From Cerasicoccus frondis (lineage in GTDB: Bacteria; Verrucomicrobiota; Verrucomicrobiia; Opitutales; Cerasicoccaceae): a stretch of 64,000 nucleotides of DNA. Positions 1-11,126 of the stretch are shown piece after piece. Position 1 is the stretch's first letter; every line of letters starts with the position of its first letter. Under the pieces are notes generated by a model. It did not search any database. It saw only the letters and a program-made list of their open reading frames with translations, and had not been told where the DNA came from. A program made the translations under genes and the position numbers. The stretch lies in contig NZ_JAVDPC010000003.1 in assembly GCF_031296915.1 (NCBI RefSeq), positions 77,246 to 141,245 on the forward strand. Reading direction: 5' to 3'.

Positions 1-511
1 CCTTCGCTTGCTCATAGCGTTCCCAGAATACCTCATGGTGGAAATGGCAATTGGAAGGGAGGAACATCGGATCGTCGACCGGCCAGCAGGGGGTGGCGTT
101 CTTTGTGGTGCGGGCGTAGCAATGCCCGGCTTCACGAACGACGTCCGCTGTGGCCGCATCACAGTCGCCAAACGGATAAACGAAGCCATGGATCGGCTGC
201 TGAAACCAGTCCTGAAGGATCTTGCGCGCATCGACGACTTCGGCTCGCCAGTCGTCCAGCGGAATGCGGGTCGGCCAGGGGTGGCTCATGCTGTGGTTCG
301 CAATAGTGAAGCCGGCATACACATCGGTCAGCTCGCTCTTGGCCAGGCGTTGAATGCTCTTTCCCCATCTCTCATTGAAGCCGCCCTGGCGCTCCGCATG
401 GTGCGTTTGCGGGTTCAGGTTAAAGGACGCCTTGGCGGCATGCTTGCGGAGGATTTCGATGAGGCGGATGTCGTCATTGACGCCGTCATCCCAGCATTGG
501 ACAACTTTCAT
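1..511 (-). CDS. Polysaccharide deacetylase (NodB/CE4 family), 3' end runs off the window
   Basis: Reverse-strand translation from the ATG at 511 reads MKVVQCWDDGVNDD...ANHSMSHP...FGDCDAA, typical CE4 deacetylase motifs. The frame stays open to the window edge. The + strand ORF 8..541 in the track is its antisense shadow. Confidence 0.7.
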   Translation of the reverse strand, partial: MKVVQCWDDGVNDDIRLIEILRKHAAKASFNLNPQTHHAERQGGFNERWGKSIQRLAKSELTDVYAGFTIANHSMSHPWPTRIPLDDWRAEVVDARKILQDWFQQPIHGFVYPFGDCDAATADVVREAGHCYARTTKNATPCWPVDDPMFLPSNCHFHHEVFWERYEQAK

Positions 512-721
512 AGCGGTGATTTTTTGGGGGGAGTTATTTGAAAACACTCCCTTGAGATAAAGCTGCGGGCTGATCCGCATTTTGGCAAGGCCGCAGCAAT
601 CGTTAACTCAGCGGTGATCCAGTCTGCTGTTTGGTTGGCTAATTCATTGACGAAAAAGCGCCCTCCGCGTTTGGGCGGAAGGGCGCTTGGAAATACTTAA
701 TGCGGATCGCAGAAACGTCGC

Positions 722-1465
722 TTACTGCTGTTGTTTGCGGCGGCGATGCAGCACAACGCCACCAATGCAGACGAGACCTGTGGCCAGAGCGTAGGTGCTC
801 GGCTCGGGGATGACGGCCGTGATCTGCATTAGGTTCAGATAACCGAAATCTCCGTTGGTGCGGCCAAGGTTGAATACGACATTGCCACTGGCGTCCGGCG
901 TCACGTCGTTAAAGGTCAGCACGGTGTTGTCATTGAAGTTCTGCGTGCCGCTGCTGGAAATATTGGTCCCCGAAGTGGTCAGCGTGCCGTAGTTGGTGTT
1001 CGCGCCGATTGCTTCGTATTCGGTTTGGCGGGTCTGGGTGGAATTACGGGAGCCGAAAATGGTGAAGCTATACACGGTGTTGCTGTCCAAACCGGAAAGC
1101 GTGAAACTGCCTGAGCCGCTGAAGGGGATGTTGCCCTGCACATAGACGAAGTCGGATGTCGCAGCAGCCACATTTAAGTCTGCCGGGAGTAGAGGCAGGC
1201 CCGAAACTGAGCCATCGGAGTTGGCGCCATTGAAGGTGTTGGTGACTGTCAGGCTGACGCCACTGTTGGTGTTGGTGGTGTCGACCAGGTCAGCTAATGT
1301 GGTCGTCGTGTTGCTGACGGTGTTCCAGTAGTTGTCCGTTCCTGCATCGTAGAATGTGCCTTCTGTGCCGCCAAAATCGATGAGTATCGTGCTGGCGTGT
1401 AAGGCTGTGGAACTGGCGAGTATTAGCCCGGCAAGGCAAAGCGTCGAGGTGCTGGGGATTTTCAT
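722..1465 (-). CDS. PEP-CTERM sorting-domain secreted protein
   Basis: N-terminal signal peptide and a Ser/Thr/Asn-rich body. The C terminus is IPEPSTYALATGLVCIGGVVLHRRRK, i.e. a PEP motif, a TM helix and a basic tail. Confidence 0.85.
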   Translation of the reverse strand: MKIPSTSTLCLAGLILASSTALHASTILIDFGGTEGTFYDAGTDNYWNTVSNTTTTLADLVDTTNTNSGVSLTVTNTFNGANSDGSVSGLPLLPADLNVAAATSDFVYVQGNIPFSGSGSFTLSGLDSNTVYSFTIFGSRNSTQTRQTEYEAIGANTNYGTLTTSGTNISSSGTQNFNDNTVLTFNDVTPDASGNVVFNLGRTNGDFGYLNLMQITAVIPEPSTYALATGLVCIGGVVLHRRRKQQQ

Positions 1466-1694
1466 TGAGTTAGCTTATTTGGAATTAAACTGGGAATTAA
1501 GATTCGAGCACATATTGCCAATAACCTCTTTTTTTCTGAAGCAATACTATGGTGTTACTGTCACGGCTGCGTCTGCCTGGGGTCAGCCATTGGAATCTCT
1601 AACCGAGAACACCGGGCCGTAGGTCCTCCTAATGCCGCGTTTGATGAGGTTCACCTTGCAATGCGGTTTGAGTCCGGCGTGAATCAGTTTTTGG

Positions 1695-2672
1695 GTGAAA
1701 TTAATGAAAACGAAAATACTTGGTCGAACTGGAATTGAAGTCCCCATCGTTGGCTTGGGGACGGCGTTTCTGGGCATACCAACGCCCAACCAAGGCAGAT
1801 TCGAATACCGCGATGGGCCTTGCCAGGTGGACGTATCCCTCGGCGAGCAGACGGTGGCCGCAGCGCTGGATGCCGGCTATACCTTTTTCGACACCGCTGC
1901 GCTTTATGGGCGCACCAAGAGCGAAAGCATGATCGGCAAAGTCTTCCGACAAAAGCCCGAACAAGCCGCGCAATGCCTGGTGACGACGAAGGTGGGCCGC
2001 CACTACGGCAGCTGCGACTACAGCTTCGACGGCATCATTCGGCACGTGAATGAAGGCCTGGAGCGCCTGGGCCTGGAGCGCTTGGAAATCGTCTACATCC
2101 ACGACGCCATGGACCAACCCATGCGTGAAGTAATGGCGAAAAACGGGGCGCTGGGCGCACTCCGACATTTGCAGAAGACGGGCGTGGTGCGGTATGTCGG
2201 GACGGCGGCCAATAACCCGGCCACGAACATTGCGTATATCGAAAGCGGTGAGTTTGACGCTGCCGTGATCGCCGATTCCTACAGCTTGCTCAACCAACTC
2301 GCGGAGGAGCGTATTTTCCCCGCCGCTGAAAAACACAAGGTGGGGCTGGTTGTCGCGACTCCCTTGGAGCGTGGGTTACTGGCCACGGGGCCCTTGGATG
2401 AACTGATCTACCATGACCGCAATTTTAGTGTGGAGGTCATGAGACATGCCGCCCAAATCAAGCGCCTCTGCGATGACTACCGCGTGCCCATGGCGGCGGT
2501 GTCTCTACAGTGGGTGACGCGCCATCCGCTGGTCGCGACAACCGTTCCGGGCGCCCGCGTGCCCCAGGAAGCCGTCGAGAACTGGCGCGCGGCGGAAATC
2601 GAGATTCCCTCGGCGTTGTGGGCAGACCTAATGCCGCTTATCCAGAGCTGGGATCTGGGAATTCCCTATTGA
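1695..2672 (+). CDS. Aldo/keto reductase family oxidoreductase
   Basis: AKR-like motifs (GLGTAFLG, YGRTKSESMIG, IYIHD). The long antisense ORF 1701..2336 is rejected. Confidence 0.8.
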   Translation: MKLMKTKILGRTGIEVPIVGLGTAFLGIPTPNQGRFEYRDGPCQVDVSLGEQTVAAALDAGYTFFDTAALYGRTKSESMIGKVFRQKPEQAAQCLVTTKVGRHYGSCDYSFDGIIRHVNEGLERLGLERLEIVYIHDAMDQPMREVMAKNGALGALRHLQKTGVVRYVGTAANNPATNIAYIESGEFDAAVIADSYSLLNQLAEERIFPAAEKHKVGLVVATPLERGLLATGPLDELIYHDRNFSVEVMRHAAQIKRLCDDYRVPMAAVSLQWVTRHPLVATTVPGARVPQEAVENWRAAEIEIPSALWADLMPLIQSWDLGIPY

Positions 2673-2710
2673 ATCAACCAGGGCCAGCCTTGGCTATTGG
2701 CGGCCCTGGT

Positions 2711-5452
2711 TTACGGATTCGAGAAGACTCGCAGGAAGTAGGCGCGGAGGGTGTCGTTGGTAATCTCGAGCACCCGGGTCTCGGTGCCGTCTCCGTTGTC
2801 CGTGCTGCTGATCAGTGTGTAGTCGGTCTCCAGCACGAGCGTCTTCCATTCCTCCAGGTCGGCTGATCCCTCGTAGCCGATGGTGACGCCAGCGTCCGGG
2901 ATAAAGCGGGTATAGGTCACGCGAAACTGGCCATCGACATAACTAAACTCTGGCTCGACGCGGGCCAGCGCATCGTCCTGATTGGTGATGGTCAGCGCGG
3001 CGTAATTGCTGTAAGCAGTGCCGCCGTAGATGTTAGTCGTGTACGCGCGGAATTGGACCGTGCCGTTGGCGAGCGCCGTGATGAGTCCATCGCTGGAGAT
3101 ACTGGCTTCGTCGCCAACCATGACCCAGCTGACCTCGGTTTCGACTGCGTTTTCGGGGAGGATCGTCGCGGTCGCCTGCAGCGTGCCCGCGCGTTCGTCG
3201 ATGGTGGCTGTTTCCGGATCAATGCTGATGCTTGTCGCCGTCACCGGGCCAGCTTCCTGATTGTATACGTAGATGGTGTGGGTGTCAGTTGGGCCATCCA
3301 CGGATGTTACGCGAATAGTGGTGACCCCGTTTTGCAGGGCGGTGACCAGCCCATTGGAATCCACCGTGGCGACTGATGGATCAGACGACGTGTAGATCAT
3401 TGTCGGGTCGGTTGCATCGAGTGGGTAAAACGCCAGCTTGGTCTGTAGTGTCCCCAAATCCTCCCAGATCCAGGATGTTTTGCCCGACGAAGTAGTTACA
3501 TACAAATTGAGCGCCACGACTTCCGCATACTGGTTGCTCATCGTTACCGTGTGCGATGCGCTGACATCTGAGCCATCGGTGGCAGTCACCGTGACGGTGA
3601 CCGTACCATTGCCCTGTGAAGTCAGCACGCCATTGGCGTCGATGCTGGCGAAGCTGGAATTTTCCGTCCAGACGACTGCCTGATTCGTCGCGTTGGCTGG
3701 CGTGACGACGACATCGAAATCGATGCTCTGACCTAGCTCGTCGAGGGTATCCGTTAGCGGGGTAATCGTGAGCCCGGTGACGAGCTGCGTAACGGAGACT
3801 TCCAGGCTCGCGCTCACGCCGGAGCCGTCGGTTGCCGTGGCCGTAATGGTGGCGGTTCCAGCGCCAATTGCTTCGAGGAGCCCGGTCGCTGAGACCGTTG
3901 CAATGCCGTTGTCCGAGCTCGACCAAGTGACCTCCTGGTTGCTGGCGTTGACGGGGGAGGCGTCGGTATAAAGCTGCTCGGTGTCGCCAAAGGCGGTAAA
4001 GAACATCACACCCGGAGTGACCGCCAGCGACTCAATGGGAATCACGGGTCCCATGCCGTCCTGATTAGTCACTTCGATGGAAATTGTGTCCGCAACGCCG
4101 AGGCCGTAATTGGCCGTCGCCGTCACGATGACGGTTCCGTTGCCAACTGCGGTCAGGAGGCCGTCTGTATTAATCGTCGCTACGGTGTGATCATCAACGG
4201 TCCACACCACGGGTTGATCCGCCGTCTCGGCGGGCAGTAAATCGGCCGTGAGCGAAAGCGTTCCGTTGTCGACATCGATGCTGGTGGCGGAAGCTTGAAT
4301 TGTGACAGAACTCACTGGACGTTCGCCAACTTCGATTAAGCGAGGTTCACTGGGAAAGCCGTCATTGAAGCTTTGCCGAACACTAACGCTAACGGTCGAG
4401 GTATTGACCTCGTAGATCGTCCCCAATCCACTGCCCGATCCGCCATAGCGCGTTACTCCGAAGACCCGGCCCGCCCAAGTCGTCAGGAGTGAGCCGGTGG
4501 TGATATACGTGCCCGAGGAGGTGAAGCTATGCACAAAGTCCAGCGTTTCGGTGGTGGGATTGTAGCGGAGCACGCCGCCTTGACCATTGACGCCTCCAAT
4601 GGAGGCCTGGAGGTAGAGATTGCCATCGGGCCCCACGGCGAAGCCCTCTCCATGCCACGACTCGTAAGTATAATGTACTTTCTCACTGAAGGTGTCGGTA
4701 TCCAGGTCATACTCGAATAGCACGCCGTTGCCGTTGTCGCCGCTCCAGGTGGTGGAGCCGTAAATGCGCTGCCCAATCATGGCCAGGGTGGGGGTAGGGC
4801 TCCGACCGCCTACGGAGCCAAACGAGTGCAGGACGCGCCAGGTTTGAGTATCTAGATCATACTCATAGAGCACGCCCCTATCTTCGTCACCGCCACTGTA
4901 TGTCGTGCCGTAAATCAGATGATTGTTCACGAGAAGGAAGTTCGATTCGGTAAACGCGGTGCGTCCCTCCGCATTGGGATAGTCGTAAACCAGATCCAAT
5001 GAATGGGCCACGGGGTTGTAAGCGTAGAGCGAGCCGTTGCTCTCAATCGACATGACAATGAACCGGCCATCGGGAACTAGGAGTAGTTGTTGGCCAATGT
5101 AGATCTCCGGATGATGTTCGACCGAGAAAAGCTCGTATTGGGGATCATACGAGTAAATGACGCCAGCGCCATGCTCTCCGCCTTGAGCGGTAATCCCGTA
5201 AAGCTTGCCGTCGCTACCCTCGGTCAGGGCGCCGTTGGGCCACTCTCCCCGCAGTCCACCTTCAAAATGGTGCACTTTTTCGAAACTGCCGCCATCTGCC
5301 GCCATGCGAAAGATGTAGCCGTAGTTATGGTCGCCTCCGAGGTAGGAGGTTCCCCAGATCTCGGAGTATTGTGCGCGAGCCGCGCCAGCCGCGAAGACCA
5401 AGACGACAAAGAGCAGCAGTGTTTTAGAGTAGGAGGAAATCGAAATCCGCAT
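2711..5452 (-). CDS. Large secreted protein with N-terminal beta-propeller-like Gly-rich repeats and multiple Big_2 (bacterial Ig-like) domains
   Basis: Signal peptide MRISISSYSKTLLLFVVLVFAAGAARA. Repeated G-G-x-x-G-V-L/I-Y motifs (SBBP-like) are followed by about 6 repeats of the kind ...VTWSSSD.GIATVSATGLLEAIGAGTATITATA.DGSG.... Confidence 0.7.
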   Translation of the reverse strand: MRISISSYSKTLLLFVVLVFAAGAARAQYSEIWGTSYLGGDHNYGYIFRMAADGGSFEKVHHFEGGLRGEWPNGALTEGSDGKLYGITAQGGEHGAGVIYSYDPQYELFSVEHHPEIYIGQQLLLVPDGRFIVMSIESNGSLYAYNPVAHSLDLVYDYPNAEGRTAFTESNFLLVNNHLIYGTTYSGGDEDRGVLYEYDLDTQTWRVLHSFGSVGGRSPTPTLAMIGQRIYGSTTWSGDNGNGVLFEYDLDTDTFSEKVHYTYESWHGEGFAVGPDGNLYLQASIGGVNGQGGVLRYNPTTETLDFVHSFTSSGTYITTGSLLTTWAGRVFGVTRYGGSGSGLGTIYEVNTSTVSVSVRQSFNDGFPSEPRLIEVGERPVSSVTIQASATSIDVDNGTLSLTADLLPAETADQPVVWTVDDHTVATINTDGLLTAVGNGTVIVTATANYGLGVADTISIEVTNQDGMGPVIPIESLAVTPGVMFFTAFGDTEQLYTDASPVNASNQEVTWSSSDNGIATVSATGLLEAIGAGTATITATATDGSGVSASLEVSVTQLVTGLTITPLTDTLDELGQSIDFDVVVTPANATNQAVVWTENSSFASIDANGVLTSQGNGTVTVTVTATDGSDVSASHTVTMSNQYAEVVALNLYVTTSSGKTSWIWEDLGTLQTKLAFYPLDATDPTMIYTSSDPSVATVDSNGLVTALQNGVTTIRVTSVDGPTDTHTIYVYNQEAGPVTATSISIDPETATIDERAGTLQATATILPENAVETEVSWVMVGDEASISSDGLITALANGTVQFRAYTTNIYGGTAYSNYAALTITNQDDALARVEPEFSYVDGQFRVTYTRFIPDAGVTIGYEGSADLEEWKTLVLETDYTLISSTDNGDGTETRVLEITNDTLRAYFLRVFSNP

Positions 5453-6112
5453 GGCTGATGAGAATGTAACTATACCTAATGAAAAATTAATGAACGCTTA
5501 ATGTATTTTGAATTTTTGACCGGTTGCTTTGGAGGAAGGGGGGACTCAAGTTTATTGACGCTGGGCAAAATTGCCTCAGCAATTGGCTGCGTCATTGAGT
5601 CAGCGGCAGGGGGATTGCGGAAGCTAGCGCGCCCTGCTGCATATTCCCGAGCCGCCGACCGGCATGGCCGACCTCGGCGCGGTTACGCTTGGCGCCTTCG
5701 TGTTGCAACGCCGACGTAAGGGGGCGAGGGGGATAGGCGTTGGTTAAGACGCCCAGTTGTCGCGGAGTTTAAAGCTACGTCCAATAAGAAAGGTGGAGCC
5801 CGGTGTCCCGACCGGGCTTGTTCCATCCAGTTGACCAACTGAGAGGCAAAGCAAGCCTGCTCGGAACCGCCTCTTAGAAGAGCAGGACCAAGCTCCACCT
5901 CAGTTAGATCGTTAAGGAAACAAAGCCAAGACGGTTGGAACAGATGCGGGATCAGGTCTTGGGGGAATGTTTAAAATCTACGTTCTACCCTTTTTAGGTT
6001 CATCACCTCGAATCATCTTCATTTCATCAGAGACACTCACTCTTTTGGGATGGCGTAAAGAATGGATTCGTGAATGCGACGTGTTACATTAATCCGCCCA
6101 CAAATCACTGTA

Positions 6113-6922
6113 CTAACGGGTAGCGTATATATCATTCGCATAGATTAAACTTTGATTGCCAGACAAACGAACTAAGTTTTGGCGAAACTGAAGTCTACTG
6201 GCACTAGGATAGTTTTGCTTAAGGATGGACACATCCTCATTGAATCGGTCTGTCACCTTAAGGAAACCGCCAATAGCATAATATACATCCTTCTCAGAAA
6301 TTCGCATATCTCCAGTACGGACCTTTCTTGAGGTGGTAGTCTGATCATACTTCTGCCTAGCGGTTAGATTAAAAGAACCAATGTAAGCAACCTCACCACT
6401 CTGCACGTTGATTTGACCCTCAAATGCCAGACCTGGAAACATCAATTTTGAGGAAAGAAACGAATGGTTTAGGGGAACAAAGGCCCCTCCAGCATAAACT
6501 GTGGTTGATGCGTTGTACGTTCCAGTACATTCTAATCTGGCAATCCTGTAGCTCCCAACCGGCAACCCCTCAAAAGCAACAGTACCATATACCCTCCCGA
6601 TTTTGCTGATAGACTTAGAGTTTTTACTCTGGAATTTCTGCGATTTGACTAAAGAATCAAAAACCATAGTCCGATTAGTGGTGTCTTCTACAAGAACCAT
6701 CCTCACATTTCCTACATTAAGCACTGAGGCATCGGGTATTTCACCTTTTGACTCCCTGAGGGATACAATCAGTGAAAACATTACAGCGCCCGTAGATTTT
6801 CCAATCCCGACGTTAGTGATCTCTTGATTAACCTTTTTTTCAAATTGCTGACCAGCGCACCCTGATAAGATCGCGACTGCAGTAAAGCATATAGCCAGTA
6901 AGTTGGGATATTTTGAATTCAT
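6113..6922 (-). CDS. Lipoprotein of unknown function, in a low-GC islet
   Basis: The internal start MNSKYPNLLAICFTAVAILSGCAG has a lipobox (LSGC). ATG at 6922. The local DNA is AT-rich relative to the flanks. Confidence 0.55.
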   Translation of the reverse strand: MNSKYPNLLAICFTAVAILSGCAGQQFEKKVNQEITNVGIGKSTGAVMFSLIVSLRESKGEIPDASVLNVGNVRMVLVEDTTNRTMVFDSLVKSQKFQSKNSKSISKIGRVYGTVAFEGLPVGSYRIARLECTGTYNASTTVYAGGAFVPLNHSFLSSKLMFPGLAFEGQINVQSGEVAYIGSFNLTARQKYDQTTTSRKVRTGDMRISEKDVYYAIGGFLKVTDRFNEDVSILKQNYPSASRLQFRQNLVRLSGNQSLIYANDIYATR

Positions 6923-7236
6923 CTTTGAATGGATAATGATTAAAACCATACCCACATATGAATTCCGCCCCGAATCAATACTTTTCCGCAAATTGTGGTT
7001 GAATGCCATCGTGCCCTGATTGCCAGTGATCCGTAAGTTCCTCCGAACCGGTCTGAGCCCAGAGCAATCAAACGAAGACCCAAGGGATACCAGTTCCTCA
7101 CCAAGCCAAGAACACAGATGGTCGTAGCACCCTCCAGGAGGCCGAAATGAAAAACGATTGGGGACCAAATCTTAGCGCTATTCACGTTTGACCCCTTTTT
7201 AACCTACCTCTCCTTTTTCTCCGATCGCATTTAATT

Positions 7237-8106
7237 TTAGCATTCATAATCGCACTTACTGCATTTGCGCTGCTCTTCATATTCACTGTATGAAATGAAG
7301 CGCATATTCCCTTGTTGGCATTGGGGGCAATTATTCCGACCGATGAATTGGTAAAGCTGCTCCTCTGTGTATTCATCAGAATCAATCTGCTGCTTCAGTT
7401 CTCGTAATTCTACGCCTGATTTCTCTCCACTGTATGAGCCTATTAATACCTGGTTGTGGTATTGGTTATGCTCGTCGTCATCGTCTGCAAAACAGATTCT
7501 AGCTTTGGGGATGAAATGCAGCTGTTCCACAATCTTTTTAACCTGTTCAACAGTGAATCCTTCTCCCAAGGATACAGTGAAATTTTTTGGGGTGTAGGCT
7601 CCTTTTCCAAAGGTTTCATGGACTGGAATTTTATTTGCAGTAAATCGCATATGGATTTCTCTAAAGTGCTGCAATGTCTCATTCAATGCAACAGTTACTG
7701 TAGACCACTTAATTTCAACACTGCTTGATATTACTGGGATCTCCACAGGACTTCTCATGATTGCTTGCTGTAATTCCGCTAAATCCTCCCTAATTTTTGA
7801 TACTGATTCAGTGGTCACTTCTAACTTTGTAAAGCCTGTTTTAGATTCAATGTACTTGGAATAGTAAACATCTTCCTGCATTTCAGGTCTGAATTTGGTT
7901 TGAAGTAAAAAAATGGATATTAAGAAAGCAGGGACATTTGTTATACTGGCAATTACTAAAGTTGCTGGGATCCATGATGGATTCTCTATGTGTGCTGCAG
8001 CAGTAAGAAAACTTAAGTTCACTAATACTAGTCCGCACAGCCAAGCGGCCAAAAGCTGTATTGGTTTTGTGATTTTATGAGCGTCAATTTTGGGGCTATT
8101 ATCCAT
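7237..8106 (-). CDS. Membrane protein with two N-terminal TM helices and a C-terminal CxxC...CxxC zinc-ribbon, in a low-GC islet
   Basis: ATG at 8106. TM segments LLAAWLCGLVLVNLSFL and LVIASITNVPAFLISIFLL. C terminus CPQCQQGNMRFISYSEYEEQRKCSKCDYEC. AT-rich codon usage. Confidence 0.55.
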   Translation of the reverse strand: MDNSPKIDAHKITKPIQLLAAWLCGLVLVNLSFLTAAAHIENPSWIPATLVIASITNVPAFLISIFLLQTKFRPEMQEDVYYSKYIESKTGFTKLEVTTESVSKIREDLAELQQAIMRSPVEIPVISSSVEIKWSTVTVALNETLQHFREIHMRFTANKIPVHETFGKGAYTPKNFTVSLGEGFTVEQVKKIVEQLHFIPKARICFADDDDEHNQYHNQVLIGSYSGEKSGVELRELKQQIDSDEYTEEQLYQFIGRNNCPQCQQGNMRFISYSEYEEQRKCSKCDYEC

Positions 8107-8418
8107 TGTTTGAAGTAGGCTTGATAAATAAATCGAAGCATCTGTGAGGCAGCTGAATGTAGTTTCTTATAGAAAATCTGTACAATTCGTTTTCGTCAAT
8201 TTGAATTGAGTAACATGGTGATTCGTAATCATTCTAAGATTTATAGTATGTCATGTTAGAGGCGCCGTGAGAAGATGAGTCGCAAGGGTGTGTCAATGTG
8301 ACTCTGTTGGTGGCGATTTGTTTGTGCTTTATGATTTTGTAAGATGTTAGAATAAAGCAGTTTGTGAAATTGGGTTTCGTTTTTTCACTCTCGGCACGCA
8401 ACCTGCCCTTAGGTAGGC

Positions 8419-11037
8419 ATGAATATCGATTTTAACCGCTTTACCGAGAAGGCCCGTGAGGCCGTGATGGGGGCGCAGAATGATGCCCGCCATCGGAACC
8501 ACCAACAGATTGACGGGTGGCATTTGCTGCAGGCATTGCTGGAGCAAGAGGGGGGCATTGTCCCGAGCCTGCTCAACAAACTGGAGATTACGCCCAATGC
8601 CGTGAAGCTCGCTAACGAGCGCGAGCTCGACCGTTTGCCGTCCGTGACGGGCAGCACCAGCGCCAACAATGTCTACGTGACGCAGGCGCTGCAGGATGTC
8701 TTTACCTACGCCGAGAAGCAGGCGCAGAAGCTCAAGGACGAATACGTGTCCGTGGAGCATTTGCTGCTGGGCCTCGTCGCGAACAGGGACGACAAGTTGC
8801 GTGCGTTTTTTAAGTCCTTCAACCTGGACGAAAAGCGCGTGTTGGAAGCGCTCACGCAAGTGCGCGGCAACCAGCGCGTGACCTCGCAGAACCCGGAGTC
8901 GACCTACGAAGCCCTGGCAAAGTATGGGCAGGACCTCGTGGAGCTCGTCAAGCAAGGCAAGCTCGACCCGGTTATTGGGCGCGACGACGAGATTCGCCGC
9001 GTGATCCGTATTTTGTCCCGTAAGACGAAGAACAACCCGGTGCTCATCGGCGAGCCCGGCGTTGGCAAGACCGCCATCGTCGAAGGCCTCGCCCAGCGGA
9101 TTGTGCGTGGCGACGTGTCCGAGGGCTTGAAGGACAAGACCGTGTTTGCGCTCGACCTCGCGAGCCTCGTAGCTGGCGCGAAATATCGCGGCGAGTTCGA
9201 AGAACGTCTCAAGGCCGTGCTGAACGAAATCAAGTCCAGCGACGGCAAGGTGATCCTCTTCATCGACGAGCTCCACACGATTGTGGGCGCGGGCAAGACC
9301 GAAGGCGCGATGGACGCGGGCAACATGCTCAAGCCCATGCTGGCCCGCGGCGAGCTGCGCTGTATCGGCGCGACCACGCTCGACGAATACCGCAAGTATA
9401 TCGAGAAGGACGCCGCGCTGGAGCGCCGTTTCCAGACGGTTATGGTTGACCAGCCAACGGTCGAGGACACGATTTCGATCCTGCGCGGCCTGCGCGAACG
9501 TTTCGAAGTGCACCACGGCGTGCGCATTCAGGACGCCGCGCTGGTGCAGTCGGCGGTGCTGAGCCATCGTTACATCAGCGAGCGCTTTTTGCCAGACAAG
9601 GCCATTGACCTCGTCGACGAAGCCTGCGCGCAGATTCGCACGGAAATGGACTCCATGCCCGCCGAGCTCGACGGCCTCAACCGTCGCGTCATGCAGCTGG
9701 AGATCGAAGAGCAGGCCCTCAAGAAGGAGAAGGACGAAGCCTCAAAGCAGCGCCTCGAAACGCTGCGCAAGGAGCTGTCCGACATCCGCGAGAAGGCCAA
9801 TGCGCTGCGCGCCCGTTGGGAGGCTGAAAAGGCCGAGCTGGGCAAGGCGCAAAAGGTTCGCGAGGAGATTGACCAAGTGCGCCAGCAAATGGCTGAAGCC
9901 GAGCGGGTTTACGACCTGCAAAAGCTCGCCGAGCTGCGTCATGGCCGCCTGCCTCAGCTGGAGCAACAGCTAAAGGACCTCGAGGCCAAGGAGCACAAGC
10001 AAGTCGAGAAGGGAGACACCCTCGTGCGCGAGGAAGTTTCCCCGGAAGAAATCGCCGAGATTGTGGCGCGCTGGACGGGCATCCCGGTCACGCGTCTGGT
10101 CGAAGGCGAGCGCGACAAGCTGCTCAACTTGGAGAACGTTTTGCACGACCGCGTGGTCGGCCAAGACGAAGCGGTGACGCTCGTCAGCGAAGCAATCCTG
10201 CGTGCGCGTTCGGGGATTAAAGACCCGCGCCGGCCGATTGGTTCGTTCCTCTTTTTAGGACCGACGGGCGTCGGCAAGACCGAGCTCGCGAAGACCCTGG
10301 CGGAGTCGCTCTTTGACACCGAGGACAACATTGTGCGCATCGACATGAGCGAGTACATGGAGAAGCACAGCGTGGCTCGCCTGATCGGCGCGCCTCCGGG
10401 GTATGTCGGTTACGATGAGGGCGGTCAGCTGTCCGAAGCCGTGCGCCGCAAGCCGTATTCGGTGGTGCTGTTCGACGAAATCGAAAAGGCCCACCCGGAC
10501 GTCTTCAACGTGCTGCTTCAGATCCTCGACGACGGTCGCATCACCGACAGCCAGGGGCACGTGGTGAACTTTAAGAACACCGTGATCATCATGACCTCCA
10601 ACGTCGGCAGCCGCTACCTCATCGAGGGCGTCTCCGCGAACGAGATCCCTGAGAGCGTTCGTGAATCGGTGATGACAGAGCTGCGTGCAGGATTCCGTCC
10701 GGAATTTCTGAACCGCATCGACGACATCATCCTGTTCAAACCGCTCAAGCTGGAAGAGATCACGCGCATCGTGGACCTCCTCGTGGCCGACTTAAACAAG
10801 CGCCTCGAAGACCGCCGCGTCACGGTTACTTTGGATGACAAAGCTCGTGAGTGGGTTGCCGAGCGCGGCTACGATCCGGTCTATGGCGCCCGCCCGTTGA
10901 AGCGGTTCTTGCAGAAGCGCGTGGAGACGCAACTGGCCCGTAGCCTGATCGCCGGCGACATCGGCGAGGGCGACCAAGTCAGCTTCACGATCGAGGACAA
11001 CGAACTGCAGATGCAGCAGGTCCAAGCAGTTTCATAG
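8419..11037 (+). CDS. clpB: ATP-dependent chaperone ClpB
   Basis: Clp N domain, two AAA+ modules (GEPGVGKT; GPTGVGKTE), a long coiled-coil middle domain and 872 aa, consistent with ClpB. Confidence 0.95.
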   Translation: MNIDFNRFTEKAREAVMGAQNDARHRNHQQIDGWHLLQALLEQEGGIVPSLLNKLEITPNAVKLANERELDRLPSVTGSTSANNVYVTQALQDVFTYAEKQAQKLKDEYVSVEHLLLGLVANRDDKLRAFFKSFNLDEKRVLEALTQVRGNQRVTSQNPESTYEALAKYGQDLVELVKQGKLDPVIGRDDEIRRVIRILSRKTKNNPVLIGEPGVGKTAIVEGLAQRIVRGDVSEGLKDKTVFALDLASLVAGAKYRGEFEERLKAVLNEIKSSDGKVILFIDELHTIVGAGKTEGAMDAGNMLKPMLARGELRCIGATTLDEYRKYIEKDAALERRFQTVMVDQPTVEDTISILRGLRERFEVHHGVRIQDAALVQSAVLSHRYISERFLPDKAIDLVDEACAQIRTEMDSMPAELDGLNRRVMQLEIEEQALKKEKDEASKQRLETLRKELSDIREKANALRARWEAEKAELGKAQKVREEIDQVRQQMAEAERVYDLQKLAELRHGRLPQLEQQLKDLEAKEHKQVEKGDTLVREEVSPEEIAEIVARWTGIPVTRLVEGERDKLLNLENVLHDRVVGQDEAVTLVSEAILRARSGIKDPRRPIGSFLFLGPTGVGKTELAKTLAESLFDTEDNIVRIDMSEYMEKHSVARLIGAPPGYVGYDEGGQLSEAVRRKPYSVVLFDEIEKAHPDVFNVLLQILDDGRITDSQGHVVNFKNTVIIMTSNVGSRYLIEGVSANEIPESVRESVMTELRAGFRPEFLNRIDDIILFKPLKLEEITRIVDLLVADLNKRLEDRRVTVTLDDKAREWVAERGYDPVYGARPLKRFLQKRVETQLARSLIAGDIGEGDQVSFTIEDNELQMQQVQAVS

Positions 11038-11088
11038 TTAGTAGAATAGTCAGAGTAGAGAGACAAGTAGTAGCAGTATAAAGGAAGA

Positions 11089-11126
11089 GTCCCGGCCAGT
11101 TGGATGGCCGGGGCTCGTTTTTTTTG
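11089..11126 (+). terminator. Rho-independent terminator downstream of clpB
   Basis: CCCGGCC-AGTTGGAT-GGCCGGG stem-loop followed by a T8 run. Confidence 0.7.

Noticed and set aside
8-541. 177-aa + strand ORF at the window start
   Set aside because: It is antisense to a clear polysaccharide deacetylase reading frame on the minus strand (MKVVQCWDDGVNDD...ANHSMSHP). It is a shadow ORF in GC-rich DNA.
8347-9567. 406-aa minus-strand ORF overlapping clpB
   Set aside because: It is antisense to the strongly supported clpB gene. Its Arg/Ala/Leu/His-rich composition is typical of GC-rich antisense frames. The same reasoning rejects 8904..9527, 9954..10358 and the other small ORFs inside clpB.
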